Program-made: the position numbers and the translations under genes
From: a virus
Taxonomy: Duplodnaviria; Caudoviricetes
DNA: 64,000 nt
Reading direction: 5' to 3' (one strand)
IMG/VR virus record: IMGVR_UViG_3300043422_000045
Coordinates: 1 to 64,000 of that record
The notes under the pieces: model-generated
Database searches by the model: none
What the model saw: only the letters and a program-made list of their open reading frames with translations
Told to the model about the DNA's origin: nothing
Part shown: in pieces, positions 8,778 through 17,747 of the stretch
Layout of the letters: the number at the start of each line of letters is the position of its first letter
How positions within the stretch are numbered: position 1 is the stretch's first letter

Positions 8778-10697
8778 ATGGCAACACCAATTATTAAAGC
8801 AGCCGGATCATCTGGAACTTCAGGTAGTAATGGCTTAAACGGTACTTCTGGTTTTGACGGTTTGGACGGTACTTCAGGAACAGCTGGAACTTCAGGTTCT
8901 AATGGTTCTTCTGGTATCAACGGTACTTCAGGTACTGCTGGAACTTCAGGTTCTAGCGGAACTGATGGAAGTAACGGTTCTAGTGGTTCTTCTGGTACGG
9001 CTGGTACTTCAGGTACTGCTGGTACTTCAGGTACTTCAGGTTCAAACGGTTCATCAGGAACATCAGGTTCATCAGGAACAAACGGTTCAAGTGGTTCATC
9101 AGGAACTGCTGGTACATCAGGAACTGCAGGTACTTCAGGTACTTCAGGTACTGATGGCTCTTCAGGAACTGCAGGTACTTCAGGAACTTCAGGTATAGAC
9201 GGTACTTCAGGTACAAATGGTTCTTCAGGTTCAAGCGGAACAGCTGGAACTTCAGGAACAGCTGGAACTTCAGGAACAGCTGGAACTTCTGGTTCAAGCG
9301 GAACAGACGGTTCTTCTGGTTCAAGCGGAACAGCTGGAACTTCAGGAACAGCTGGAACTTCTGGAACTTCAGGTTCTAATGGTTCTTCAGGTTCAAGCGG
9401 AACAGCAGGAACTTCTGGTACAGCTGGTACTTCAGGAACAGCAGGTACTTCAGGTACTAATGGTTCTTCAGGAACAGACGGTTCTTCAGGTTCAAGCGGA
9501 ACAGCTGGAACTTCAGGAACAGCTGGAACTTCAGGAACTTCAGGTTCAAGCGGAACATCTGGAACTTCTGGTTCAAGTGGAACAGCAGGAACTTCAGGAA
9601 CGGCTGGTACTTCAGGTTCTTCTGGCGTTAACGGCGCTCAAGGTGCTGCAGGAACTTCTGGAACTTCAGGAACATCAGGTTCAAGCGGTACAGCAGGTAC
9701 TTCAGGTTCTTCTGGAGTTAACGGCGCTCAAGGTGCTGCAGGAACTTCTGGTTCAAGCGGAACAGCTGGAACTTCAGGTGTAAATGGTGCTCAAGGTGCT
9801 GCAGGAACTTCTGGTTCAAGCGGTTCTTCAGGAACTTCAGGCGTAAATGGTGCTCAAGGTGCTACAGGTGCTCAAGGTGCTACAGGTGCTCAAGGTGCTA
9901 CAGGTGCTCAAGGTGCTGCAGGAACTTCAGGTGTAAATGGTGCTCAAGGAGCTCAAGGCGCTACAGGTGCTCAAGGCGCTACAGGTGCTCAAGGTGCTAC
10001 AGGTGCTCAAGGTGCTACAGGTGCTCAAGGTGCTACAGGTGCTCAAGGTGCTACAGGTGCTCAAGGTAATACAGGTTCTCAAGGTGCTCAAGGCGCATTA
10101 GGACCACAAGGACCTACAGGTGCTCAAGGTAATACAGGTTCTCAAGGTGCAAGTGGAGCTACAATTTTAGGTAGTAATCAAACTTGGTCAGGCGTTAACC
10201 AATTCAACGCTAACCAAAATACAGCTACTGGATCAAATCCACCATTGCAAGCATACGGAACTAACTCAGGTGCTATGATGGCATTCCATAGAGGCGGTTT
10301 CTACGCAGTAAACTTCGGTTTAGATTCTGATAACGTACTTAGATTAGGTGGTTGGTCAGCTGGAGCAAATAGATTGCAAATCGACATGTCAGGTAACCTT
10401 ACTATGGCCGGCGATATTACAGCATATTCTGATGCAAGAGTTAAAGAAAATGTAGAAACTATTGCAGATGCATTAAATAAAGTTTTAGCTTTAAGAGGTG
10501 TTTCTTATAATAGAACAGATTCTGATGACGATTCTAAAAAAATAGGTGTAATCGCACAAGAAATGCAAGAAGTTATTCCAGAAGTTGTTCACGAACAAGC
10601 TGACGGAATGTTAGGTGTTTCTTACGGAAACTTAGTAGGTTTATTAATTGAAGCTATCAAAGACTTAAACGCTAAAGTAGATTCATTACAGAAATAA
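8778..10697 (+). CDS. Collagen-like fibre protein with C-terminal peptidase S74 intramolecular chaperone
   Basis: About 150 Gly-X-Y triplets (GTS/GTA/GSS, then GAQ/GAT); fibre-tip motif [25 protein letters not shown]; S74 signature SDARVKENV...IGVIAQE...[17 protein letters not shown]. Confidence 0.9.
   Translation: MATPIIKAAGSSGTSGSNGLNGTSGFDGLDGTSGTAGTSGSNGSSGINGTSGTAGTSGSSGTDGSNGSSGSSGTAGTSGTAGTSGTSGSNGSSGTSGSSGTNGSSGSSGTAGTSGTAGTSGTSGTDGSSGTAGTSGTSGIDGTSGTNGSSGSSGTAGTSGTAGTSGTAGTSGSSGTDGSSGSSGTAGTSGTAGTSGTSGSNGSSGSSGTAGTSGTAGTSGTAGTSGTNGSSGTDGSSGSSGTAGTSGTAGTSGTSGSSGTSGTSGSSGTAGTSGTAGTSGSSGVNGAQGAAGTSGTSGTSGSSGTAGTSGSSGVNGAQGAAGTSGSSGTAGTSGVNGAQGAAGTSGSSGSSGTSGVNGAQGATGAQGATGAQGATGAQGAAGTSGVNGAQGAQGATGAQGATGAQGATGAQGATGAQGATGAQGATGAQGNTGSQGAQGALGPQGPTGAQGNTGSQGASGATILGSNQTWSGVNQFNANQNTATGSNPPLQAYGTNSGAMMAFHRGGFYAVNFGLDSDNVLRLGGWSAGANRLQIDMSGNLTMAGDITAYSDARVKENVETIADALNKVLALRGVSYNRTDSDDDSKKIGVIAQEMQEVIPEVVHEQADGMLGVSYGNLVGLLIEAIKDLNAKVDSLQK
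9849..10065 (+). repeat. 18-bp tandem repeat GGTGCTCAAGGTGCTACA (GAQ-GAT) within fibre gene
   Basis: Near-perfect tandem copies seen directly, with one interruption. Confidence 0.85.
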
Positions 10698-10735
10698 ACA
10701 AACAGAATAGATTAAGTATAAAGCTTAATCCTTTC

Positions 10736-10767
10736 AAAAAAGCTCGATCGAAAGGTCGAGCTTTTTT
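10736..10767 (+). terminator. Intrinsic terminator
   Basis: AAAAAAGCTCGATC-GAAA-GGTCGAGCTTTTTT with a GNRA loop. Confidence 0.9.
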
Positions 10768-10801
10768 ATTTTAGATAAATAAGATATTAAATAATATAAC
10801 T

Positions 10802-11722
10802 ATGATCGATCAACTTACACAAAATACAGATACTAGATGGTATTTTGATTCAATTTATAAAATTGGAGATGAATATAAAATAAACGGCTGGATCTATAAT
10901 AACCAATCAGATATTACAGAATATTATTTAGATGGTGAAAAATTATCAGTGATTAGAACAAATAGACCAGATGTAAATAATCACTTTGGCATATACAATA
11001 ATCCTTCTAAATTAGGTATTTCATTTAGAATATCAACTGACTTAAAAGAAACGATTTTATCTATAGAAGTTAATGGAGAAATTATAGTCCTGGGTTCTAT
11101 TTTAAAATGGATTGTTTATTATTCTAAATTTAATAGAGATCACAAAGATCTTATAGTGGTTGACAATTTTTATGAAAATCCAGATTTAATTAGATCATTT
11201 GCTATGAATTCTTTAGGGTTTCAACCGTCTGACTATCACAAAGGTCAAAGATCCAAAGAAAAATTCTATCTTCACGATACGAAAGAAATGTTCGAAAAGA
11301 TAATAGGTCGTAAAATTATAAATTGGGATAATCCTAATTATGCAAATGGTGTTTTTCAATTCACAACAGCTCAAGATCCCATCGTGTATCATGTAGATAC
11401 TCAAACGTATGCTGCTATGGTTTTTCTAACACCGGATGCTCCATTAGAAACAGGTACGGCATTTTACAAATCAAAATTTACAGGAGCTACCGCATTTGAT
11501 GGTACACATGATCAAGAAGAATTTAATAAAACATTTAAAGGTCTTAATGCTAATTTAAATTTTTATGATAGTACTCAATATGAATTGATGGATGAAGTTG
11601 CCAACGTATATAACAGATTAGTTCTTTTTAATGCAAAAAGAATTCACGCAGCTACTAAATATTTTGGAGATGAAATTTCAAATGCTAGATTTTTTCAATT
11701 ATTTTTCTTTGATGTAGAATAA
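10802..11722 (+). CDS. 2OG-Fe(II) oxygenase (DUF6445-like) with extra N-terminal domain
   Basis: LIVVDNFYENPD, HVD (HxD), YNRLVLFNAKRIHAA (distal His), RFFQLFFF; N-terminal GWI...RPDV domain of a type often fused to glycosyltransferases. Confidence 0.75.
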   Translation: MIDQLTQNTDTRWYFDSIYKIGDEYKINGWIYNNQSDITEYYLDGEKLSVIRTNRPDVNNHFGIYNNPSKLGISFRISTDLKETILSIEVNGEIIVLGSILKWIVYYSKFNRDHKDLIVVDNFYENPDLIRSFAMNSLGFQPSDYHKGQRSKEKFYLHDTKEMFEKIIGRKIINWDNPNYANGVFQFTTAQDPIVYHVDTQTYAAMVFLTPDAPLETGTAFYKSKFTGATAFDGTHDQEEFNKTFKGLNANLNFYDSTQYELMDEVANVYNRLVLFNAKRIHAATKYFGDEISNARFFQLFFFDVE

Positions 11723-11728
11723 CATATT

Positions 11729-13543
11729 ATGATATTACATATAATTACACGTTGTAGTAAACCTACAAATCTTTTAAGAATCAAACAGTCTATTGCAGAA
11801 GTTATAAATAATGATAATGCTAATATCATTTGGCACATTGCGTTTAGCACTGATGTTTTAAAAGATATCGATGCTGGACTTCTAGAACAACTTAATATTG
11901 AATGGATTAAAATGTCATTTAGACCAGACGCTGGTAATTACGAGTGTTTAAATTCAATTATAAAAGACATCGAAGAAGAAGGTTTCGTGTATCTTTTAAA
12001 TGATAATAATCTATTGCAAGAAGATTTGTACAATAGATTAAAAAAATTACCGACAAATAAAGATATTTTTGTATTTTCACAATGTATTGGTTCATTGGAG
12101 AGTAATTCTTTTTTTAATAGAATTGCAATGCCTGAAAATATAGCTCCTACAAAAATAGATGCGCAACAATACGCAGTTAAAATACAGTATTTCAAAGATA
12201 ACAAGTTCGTCGATAATTATTTAGCGGATGGTATGTTTATACAGAATCTTTACCAGAGATACCCAGATTTAACGGAGATCACGCAAGACATCTTAGCTTA
12301 TGGTAATGCTCTAGAAAAAGTAAACAAAGCCAGACATCCCAGAATACTCTATATAGGAGAAGGAACTCCAATTTTAAAAACTAATAATCCAGTTTCTTGG
12401 GAATCTGATGAGCTAAGTGTTAGATATTTAGAAAATGATTCTGAATTTATCAAAGAATACATGGAATTTAAACCAGACGCTATCTTAACAATCGGCGAAG
12501 AACGTTTATTCAATAACGTGTATAATGCTCCTTTAGAAATTAGAAAATCTTGGATTAATCTAGAAAAATTAGAAGACAACGCAGGCGAAAGGGCATATCA
12601 GGCTGCTATGTTTAACATGTTGCAAAATACGAAAAGATATTTAGTTTCTTTTTTTACACCGATTTACAATACCAAACACAAACTTTATAAGACGTATGAA
12701 TCTTTAAGAAATCAAACTTATGATAATTGGGAATGGGTAATAGTTAATGATTCGACAGATGACGGATTAACATTAAAAATAGCTGAGCACATTGCATCAT
12801 TAGATCATAGAGTTAGAGTTTACGATTTTAGAGAAAAATCAGGAGGATTAATAGGTGAAGTTAAATGGAGAGCAGCTTGTATGGCAAAGGGTGAAATCTT
12901 AGCCGAATTTGATCACGATGATTATTTAATTCCTGATTGTGCATATTATTTGATAGCAGCTGCAGAAAAACATACTGACGTTGGATTCTTTTACTCAGAT
13001 TGTGTTGAGTCTAGAGAAGATCATAGCGCTATAATATATGGAGAAGGATTTGGGTGCGGATATGGCGCTTACAAAAAAGAAGAAGCGTTGGGCAGAATAT
13101 ATGACGTGAGTATTGCGCCTAACATTAATCCTAAAACCATTAGACATATTGTTGGAATTCCTAATCATATTAGGGCATGGAGACGCGATGCTTATTTTTT
13201 AGCAGGCGGTCACTGTAGAGGTTTAACTATTGCTGATGATTATGAATTAATTATTAGAACGTTCTTAACAACTAAAATGATGAGAATTCCAAAATTGCTA
13301 TACGTTCAATATTTTTACAACGATGGTAATGAAATGAATACTCAAGATTTAACAAGAGGCGATATACAAAGACGTGTTAAAACCATTGCTAGAATTTATA
13401 ACAATGCAATCAAACAGAGATTTGAACAATTAGGTAAAGAAGATTGGGCATTTGATCCAGATTTTGCAGAAAAAGCTTTAGATATGCCTTCTAGATTTGG
13501 TGATGCTGAACAACACGTTAACGAAACGTTTGTTATAGAATAA
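11729..13543 (+). CDS. Two-domain glycosyltransferase (degenerate GT-A domain plus GT2)
   Basis: N-terminal HIITRC...YLLNDNN...IDAQQY; C-terminal LVSFFTPIYNT, WEWVIVNDSTD, EFDHDD, ADDYEL. Confidence 0.85.
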   Translation: MILHIITRCSKPTNLLRIKQSIAEVINNDNANIIWHIAFSTDVLKDIDAGLLEQLNIEWIKMSFRPDAGNYECLNSIIKDIEEEGFVYLLNDNNLLQEDLYNRLKKLPTNKDIFVFSQCIGSLESNSFFNRIAMPENIAPTKIDAQQYAVKIQYFKDNKFVDNYLADGMFIQNLYQRYPDLTEITQDILAYGNALEKVNKARHPRILYIGEGTPILKTNNPVSWESDELSVRYLENDSEFIKEYMEFKPDAILTIGEERLFNNVYNAPLEIRKSWINLEKLEDNAGERAYQAAMFNMLQNTKRYLVSFFTPIYNTKHKLYKTYESLRNQTYDNWEWVIVNDSTDDGLTLKIAEHIASLDHRVRVYDFREKSGGLIGEVKWRAACMAKGEILAEFDHDDYLIPDCAYYLIAAAEKHTDVGFFYSDCVESREDHSAIIYGEGFGCGYGAYKKEEALGRIYDVSIAPNINPKTIRHIVGIPNHIRAWRRDAYFLAGGHCRGLTIADDYELIIRTFLTTKMMRIPKLLYVQYFYNDGNEMNTQDLTRGDIQRRVKTIARIYNNAIKQRFEQLGKEDWAFDPDFAEKALDMPSRFGDAEQHVNETFVIE

Positions 13544-13556
13544 TGATATATAGCAC

Positions 13557-14507
13557 ATGAGAGGTAAAAATAAAATCATGTTATTCGAGCAATTTTTAAA
13601 CGAGGCTTATAAAAGAGACGAGTTTCAAAAAGTTATAATTACGCGTAGAGCCGAATTAGACGATTCGTTTATTACTGGACCAAAATATACTCCTAAAGAT
13701 TATTGGGTGGTAGTTACCAGAGGCACTGAATTAGAAAGTGTACCTAAGGATTTGCCAGTTTTGTGTTATGATAAAAAGACTTTAGAAAAATTATTAGACG
13801 AAGGTATTATTCAAAATGATCAAGTTTATAATAAATTAGAAGCTCGTAAAAAAGTAAGTTCTAAAGCAGAATTCTATAAGTTACATACAGACAGCGGTTA
13901 TATTATGCCAACTGTTTTGGATAAAAATGGAATCAAAGATCTTAAGTTTCCTATTGTTGCAAAGCCAGATAATGAGCACAGCGGCTTGGGTATTCAAGTT
14001 TTTAAATCTAAAGAAGAATTAGATGACGCAGATCTAAGTAAATTTTCATCATTCTCAGAAAAAATAGATATTAAAGAAGAACATAGATTTTTTGTTTGGC
14101 GTGGAGAAATGATTCAGTGGACTCAAAGAAAACCAATGGATGACGAAACTGCAGATATTGCTAAGAAGAATCCAGATCAAGAAACAAACTTCTCGTATAT
14201 TTTAAGAAATGAGCAACCAAGTGACGACGTTAAAAAAGTAATAGCTTATTTTTCAGAAGCACATAGCGACTTAGATTTTTATGCTATTGATTTAGCAGAA
14301 ACAAAAGACGGTAAAATTTACGTCTTCGAAATGAATTCAGAACCTGGAGCATTATTTGGAGTTATGGCTCTCGTATATCAACGCATCTACCAAGACTGGT
14401 ATGAAAAAACTATAAGCGATGATACTGTTCAATTACTAAAAGATTTTAGACAAAAGGATATTGAAGCTAATAAGAAACAAAATCCTAACTGGAAGGTAAA
14501 AGAATAA
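13557..14507 (+). CDS. ATP-grasp ligase (RimK-like) with N-terminal capsid-targeting-like motif
   Basis: FPIVAKPDNEHSGLGI, EHRFFVW and FYAIDL...YVFEMNSEPG; N-terminal KIMLFEQFLNE. Confidence 0.8.
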   Translation: MRGKNKIMLFEQFLNEAYKRDEFQKVIITRRAELDDSFITGPKYTPKDYWVVVTRGTELESVPKDLPVLCYDKKTLEKLLDEGIIQNDQVYNKLEARKKVSSKAEFYKLHTDSGYIMPTVLDKNGIKDLKFPIVAKPDNEHSGLGIQVFKSKEELDDADLSKFSSFSEKIDIKEEHRFFVWRGEMIQWTQRKPMDDETADIAKKNPDQETNFSYILRNEQPSDDVKKVIAYFSEAHSDLDFYAIDLAETKDGKIYVFEMNSEPGALFGVMALVYQRIYQDWYEKTISDDTVQLLKDFRQKDIEANKKQNPNWKVKE

Positions 14508-14524
14508 GAACAAAAGATTTTTTT

Positions 14525-14758
14525 ATGGGTTATCCTAACAACACGTGTATGCATATCACAATATACGTGCATCACATGCAAATTGACGAACTGTTTGATT
14601 TTTTAAATGATAGAATCGACACACCTCCACCATATTGGTACCATCGCGAGGACGCACCTTATTCAATCTCAGGAGGTTATGCGGCTGTTAATGTAGATTA
14701 TCATAATTATCAAAAGATCAGAACTGAAAGAACATGGGACAGTCCCTTAAATATTTAA
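14525..14758 (+). CDS. Hypothetical protein
   Basis: 77-aa ORF filling the gap before a terminator/promoter element. Confidence 0.55.
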   Translation: MGYPNNTCMHITIYVHHMQIDELFDFLNDRIDTPPPYWYHREDAPYSISGGYAAVNVDYHNYQKIRTERTWDSPLNI

Positions 14759-14779
14759 AAACTTTTTTGAAAATAAGTT

Positions 14780-14828
14780 AGCCCAAATTTTTTTATTTGG
14801 GCTTTTTTGTGTATATTAGCTGTATAAT
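14780..14828 (+). promoter_or_regulatory. Early-type promoter fused with terminator hairpin (copy 1)
   Basis: AGCCCAAAT-tttttt-ATTTGGGCT then a T tract; ATTTTTT at 14787 and TATATTAGC at 14812 (25-bp offset). Confidence 0.7.
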
Positions 14829-14845
14829 AACTAAACAAAGAAATA

Positions 14846-15589
14846 ATGTATAAAGCAGAAGAACTTAAAAACATGCTTTTCGTAGATATCGAAACAGCAT
14901 CTTCTCATGAAAATTATGAATCGTTTGTAGATTCACTAGGACCTAATTCAAGTATGGAAGAATGGTGGGCTGATAAAGCGCAGTATCTTAAAAAAGATCG
15001 AGTAGAATTAAGTCAATTATCTAATGCAGAAATGTATAATACGCAAGCTGCTATATTTCCAGAATGGGGTCGCATTGTTTGTATCACCATCGGTCAGATT
15101 AAAATAGATTCAAACGGAATTCCTAATGATTTTAAAATGAGATCATTTGCAGGTGAAGATGAGAAGGCTATTTTAGAAGAATTCTTGCCAACACTCTCTG
15201 CTATTTTTTCAAAAGCGCCTTCTATTCGAATCGTCGGTTTCAATATTAAAGGCTTTGATATTCCATATATCTGTAAAAAAGCTATGATTCATGGTGTTAA
15301 ATTACCATATCAGTTTCATTTACAAAATGTAAAGCCATGGGACAATTGCCTTTTAGATATTTCAGATATTTGGAAATTTGGTGGTTGGAATGGTGCAAAG
15401 CTTGGCGTTGTATGTGAAGTGATGGGAGTTCCAAGTCCAAAAGAACAATTAGCTGGTGGAGAAGTTAGCGCTACCTTTTGGAGAGGTGATCTAAAGCTTA
15501 TTACAGAATATTGCGAAAGAGACGTTAAGGCTACCGCAAATGTCTTATTAAAAATGAGCGGCTTTGACACATTGACATTAGACTCTTAA
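14846..15589 (+). CDS. 3'-5' exonuclease, PolB-exo-like (DEDDy)
   Basis: LFVDIETA (ExoI), GFNIKGFDIPY (ExoII), YCERDV (ExoIII). Confidence 0.85.
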   Translation: MYKAEELKNMLFVDIETASSHENYESFVDSLGPNSSMEEWWADKAQYLKKDRVELSQLSNAEMYNTQAAIFPEWGRIVCITIGQIKIDSNGIPNDFKMRSFAGEDEKAILEEFLPTLSAIFSKAPSIRIVGFNIKGFDIPYICKKAMIHGVKLPYQFHLQNVKPWDNCLLDISDIWKFGGWNGAKLGVVCEVMGVPSPKEQLAGGEVSATFWRGDLKLITEYCERDVKATANVLLKMSGFDTLTLDS

Positions 15590-15595
15590 AATAAA

Positions 15596-15635
15596 TGACA
15601 ATATGTCAAATTATTTAGCTTGGTATAAAAATTGA
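15596..15635 (+). promoter_or_regulatory. Palindrome plus sigma54-like -24/-12 element upstream of Hsp20
   Basis: TGACA-ata-TGTCA (15596-15608) and TGGTAT-AAAAA-TTGA (15621-15635), against the consensus TGGCAC-N5-TTGC. Confidence 0.5.
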
Positions 15636-15685
15636 AGGATATTAATCAATGGCAATAAAGTCAGAAACTATAAATTATAAAAATT

Positions 15686-16060
15686 ATGTTTGGACACACA
15701 GGAAAAAATTCATTTGAAAAATTAGCTGAAAAAATGTTTGATAGTATTGAACCGACATGGAAACAAGAATTCAGATTTGCAAATCCGTTTAATGATACTA
15801 GTTTAGAGGATAATACATTAAGTATCGCATTACCTGGATTTTCTAAAAAGGACATTAAGATTGATGTTGACGGAGATTTACTAGTTATTTCTAGTAAGGT
15901 TGAAGAAGCTGATGAAACAAAATTTAAAAAATCTTTTACAAGATCATTTAGATTAATTAAAGACATAGATGTTGATACTATTAAAGCATCGATGGAAAAT
16001 GGTATTCTATACATCACATTCGAAAGAAAAAATGTGGCAAAAGAAATAAAAATATCTTAA
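15686..16060 (+). CDS. Small heat-shock protein (Hsp20/alpha-crystallin)
   Basis: ALPGFSKKDIKIDV, FTRSFRL, IKASMENGILYI. Confidence 0.9.
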   Translation: MFGHTGKNSFEKLAEKMFDSIEPTWKQEFRFANPFNDTSLEDNTLSIALPGFSKKDIKIDVDGDLLVISSKVEEADETKFKKSFTRSFRLIKDIDVDTIKASMENGILYITFERKNVAKEIKIS

Positions 16061-16063
16061 ATT

Positions 16064-16104
16064 ATTTTTTTATGTCAAATCTTTTTATTATATTTACAGT
16101 ATAA
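16064..16104 (+). promoter_or_regulatory. Early-type promoter (copy 2, no hairpin)
   Basis: ATTTTTT at 16064 and TATATTTAC at 16089. Confidence 0.7.
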
Positions 16105-16115
16105 AACTATAAGAT

Positions 16116-16412
16116 ATGTTTGCAGACTACGAAAACGACGAATTTGAAATGGATGACGAAATGTCACAAGAAGAAATTATTAACGCAAAGCAATTGTACA
16201 ATAGTTTAGTGGATAGATTAGTCCGCGAAAATTATGAATCTATTGCCAAAAATGGTATTGATATTGTAAATACTAAAATTCATAATCTCGAGCCAAAACA
16301 AATAGAACAATTACGAGGCACTTTAGATTTTATGATTGCATATTTTACAGAATTAGAAGAATATGAAAAATGTGCAGTTTTACACAAATACGTCGAAGAG
16401 CTCAATCAATAA
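16116..16412 (+). CDS. Small protein with C-terminal UVR (UvrB/C)-like motif
   Basis: YFTELEEYEKCAVL. Confidence 0.6.
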   Translation: MFADYENDEFEMDDEMSQEEIINAKQLYNSLVDRLVRENYESIAKNGIDIVNTKIHNLEPKQIEQLRGTLDFMIAYFTELEEYEKCAVLHKYVEELNQ

Positions 16413-16437
16413 TTTTTTAGAGGTAAATATAAAATTC

Positions 16438-16464
16438 AGGGCACATAAGTGCCCTTTGTTTTTT
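16438..16464 (+). terminator. Intrinsic terminator
   Basis: AGGGCAC-ataa-GTGCCCT then TTGTTTTTT. Confidence 0.8.
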
Positions 16465-16500
16465 AATCGAAATATATAATACAATATTAAAATAATAACT

Positions 16501-16692
16501 ATGGAACCAAAAGCATTAACAGACATTGCAACTCAACTTAAAAGAATTGCCGATATGATGGAACGTAATGAAAAGCGTAACCTTATTAAAAATGACGGTA
16601 TAGAAAAAGTTAAAGAGGCAGTTAAAAAACGCAAGAATGAATTATTACGAAACATTGAAAGTTCCCGAGACAGCAAGTCAGGAAGAGATTAA
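16501..16692 (+). CDS. Hypothetical basic coiled-coil protein
   Basis: 63-aa ORF after a late motif with an A-rich leader; overlaps dnaJ by 56 nt. Confidence 0.55.
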   Translation: MEPKALTDIATQLKRIADMMERNEKRNLIKNDGIEKVKEAVKKRKNELLRNIESSRDSKSGRD

Positions 16693-17446
16693 AGCCGCGT
16701 ATCGTAAACTTGCAAAAGAATATCACCCAGATAAAAATACGGGTGAAGATACCAAACAAAAATTTCAACAGATACAAGAAGCTTACTCTGTTTTAGGCGA
16801 TAAAAACAAAAAACAAGAGTATGATTCTAGAAATAGTCAACCTAATTTGGAAGACTTATTAAAAAACTGGGGCTTTGGTAATAATTTCGCAGATGATTTT
16901 AATATGCACTTCGGTGGATATAGAAATAATCCAAATGCCAAAGGACAAGATATTAGAGTTACAATTCCTATAACTGTGAGTGAAATCTATAATGGATTTT
17001 CTAGATCGATCGACGTCGGTACTGGCAGAATTAATGCTAATATACCTAAAGGTGCCAGAGAAGGTTCTAAATATAAAATGGCAGGCAAAGGGCAACCTAA
17101 TCCCTTTAATTCCAATGCGCCTGCTGGAGATCTAATCATTAATATCAATTTGCAATACGATGAAAATTATATTATACAAGGTGATGATGTGATGATAGAA
17201 AGCTTTGTTAAATTCTATGACATGATTTTAGGTACTAATTTAGAGATTAGAATACCAAGCGGTAAAATCTCTATAAAAATTCCAGAAAATACATCACCGG
17301 GTAAAATATTAAGAGTGCCTGGAAAAGGCTTACCAGTTGCGGGCACAGAAATGTCAGGCGCACTATTAATAAAAATTAATACTAATTTTCAAAATTTAAA
17401 TTCAGAGCAATTATCTTTAATAAATAGAGTTAAAGAATTAGATTAA
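16637..17446 (+). CDS. dnaJ: DnaJ-class chaperone (class B/CbpA-like, no zinc finger)
   Basis: NYYETL...IKAAYRKLAKEYHPDKN...AYSVL J domain; G/F region; C-terminal GDLII...LRVPGKGLP. Confidence 0.9.
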   Translation: MNYYETLKVPETASQEEIKAAYRKLAKEYHPDKNTGEDTKQKFQQIQEAYSVLGDKNKKQEYDSRNSQPNLEDLLKNWGFGNNFADDFNMHFGGYRNNPNAKGQDIRVTIPITVSEIYNGFSRSIDVGTGRINANIPKGAREGSKYKMAGKGQPNPFNSNAPAGDLIININLQYDENYIIQGDDVMIESFVKFYDMILGTNLEIRIPSGKISIKIPENTSPGKILRVPGKGLPVAGTEMSGALLIKINTNFQNLNSEQLSLINRVKELD

Positions 17447-17467
17447 TTTAAAAACACAACAACAGTT

Positions 17468-17659
17468 ATGATTATCATAGATGTAAACGGTAATATAGAA
17501 AAAGCTCTAAAAGAATATAAAAGAAAAGTTGCTAAAGTTAAACAAAACCAGCAACTTAGAAATAATCAAGAATTTGAAAAACCATCTGTAACTAGAAGAA
17601 CAGAAATAACCAAGGCCAAGTACGTTCAGGCTATTAAATCTCAAGCGGACCAAGATTAA
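17468..17659 (+). CDS. rpsU: Ribosomal protein bS21
   Basis: NIEKALKEYKRK...LR...FEKPSVTRR..I.KAKY; 63 aa, Bacteroidota-like. Confidence 0.9.
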   Translation: MIIIDVNGNIEKALKEYKRKVAKVKQNQQLRNNQEFEKPSVTRRTEITKAKYVQAIKSQADQD

Positions 17660-17747
17660 TTTTATTAACATAATAAAATTCTGCAATAATCCACTCGGTA
17701 AACGCTATGTAAATATATAGCATAAGATAAAAATACCACACGTACAC

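Noticed and set aside
8854-9783. Track ORFs 8854, 8980 (-) and 9217 with LELQEQ repeats
   Set aside because: Shadow frames of the GTS collagen repeat; no independent start context.
8805-10160. Short repeats resembling a CRISPR array
   Set aside because: 9/18-bp in-frame coding repeats with no unique spacers and no cas genes.
10696-10767. AAACAA-N15-TATAA match just before the terminator, suggesting a tiny RNA
   Set aside because: Would yield only about 40 nt that is all terminator; likely chance in AT-rich DNA.
5229-13543. GTs plus oxygenase as a DNA hypermodification pathway
   Set aside because: Not excluded but disfavoured: late motifs, placement among fibre genes, and no hydroxymethylase or nucleotide kinase nearby.
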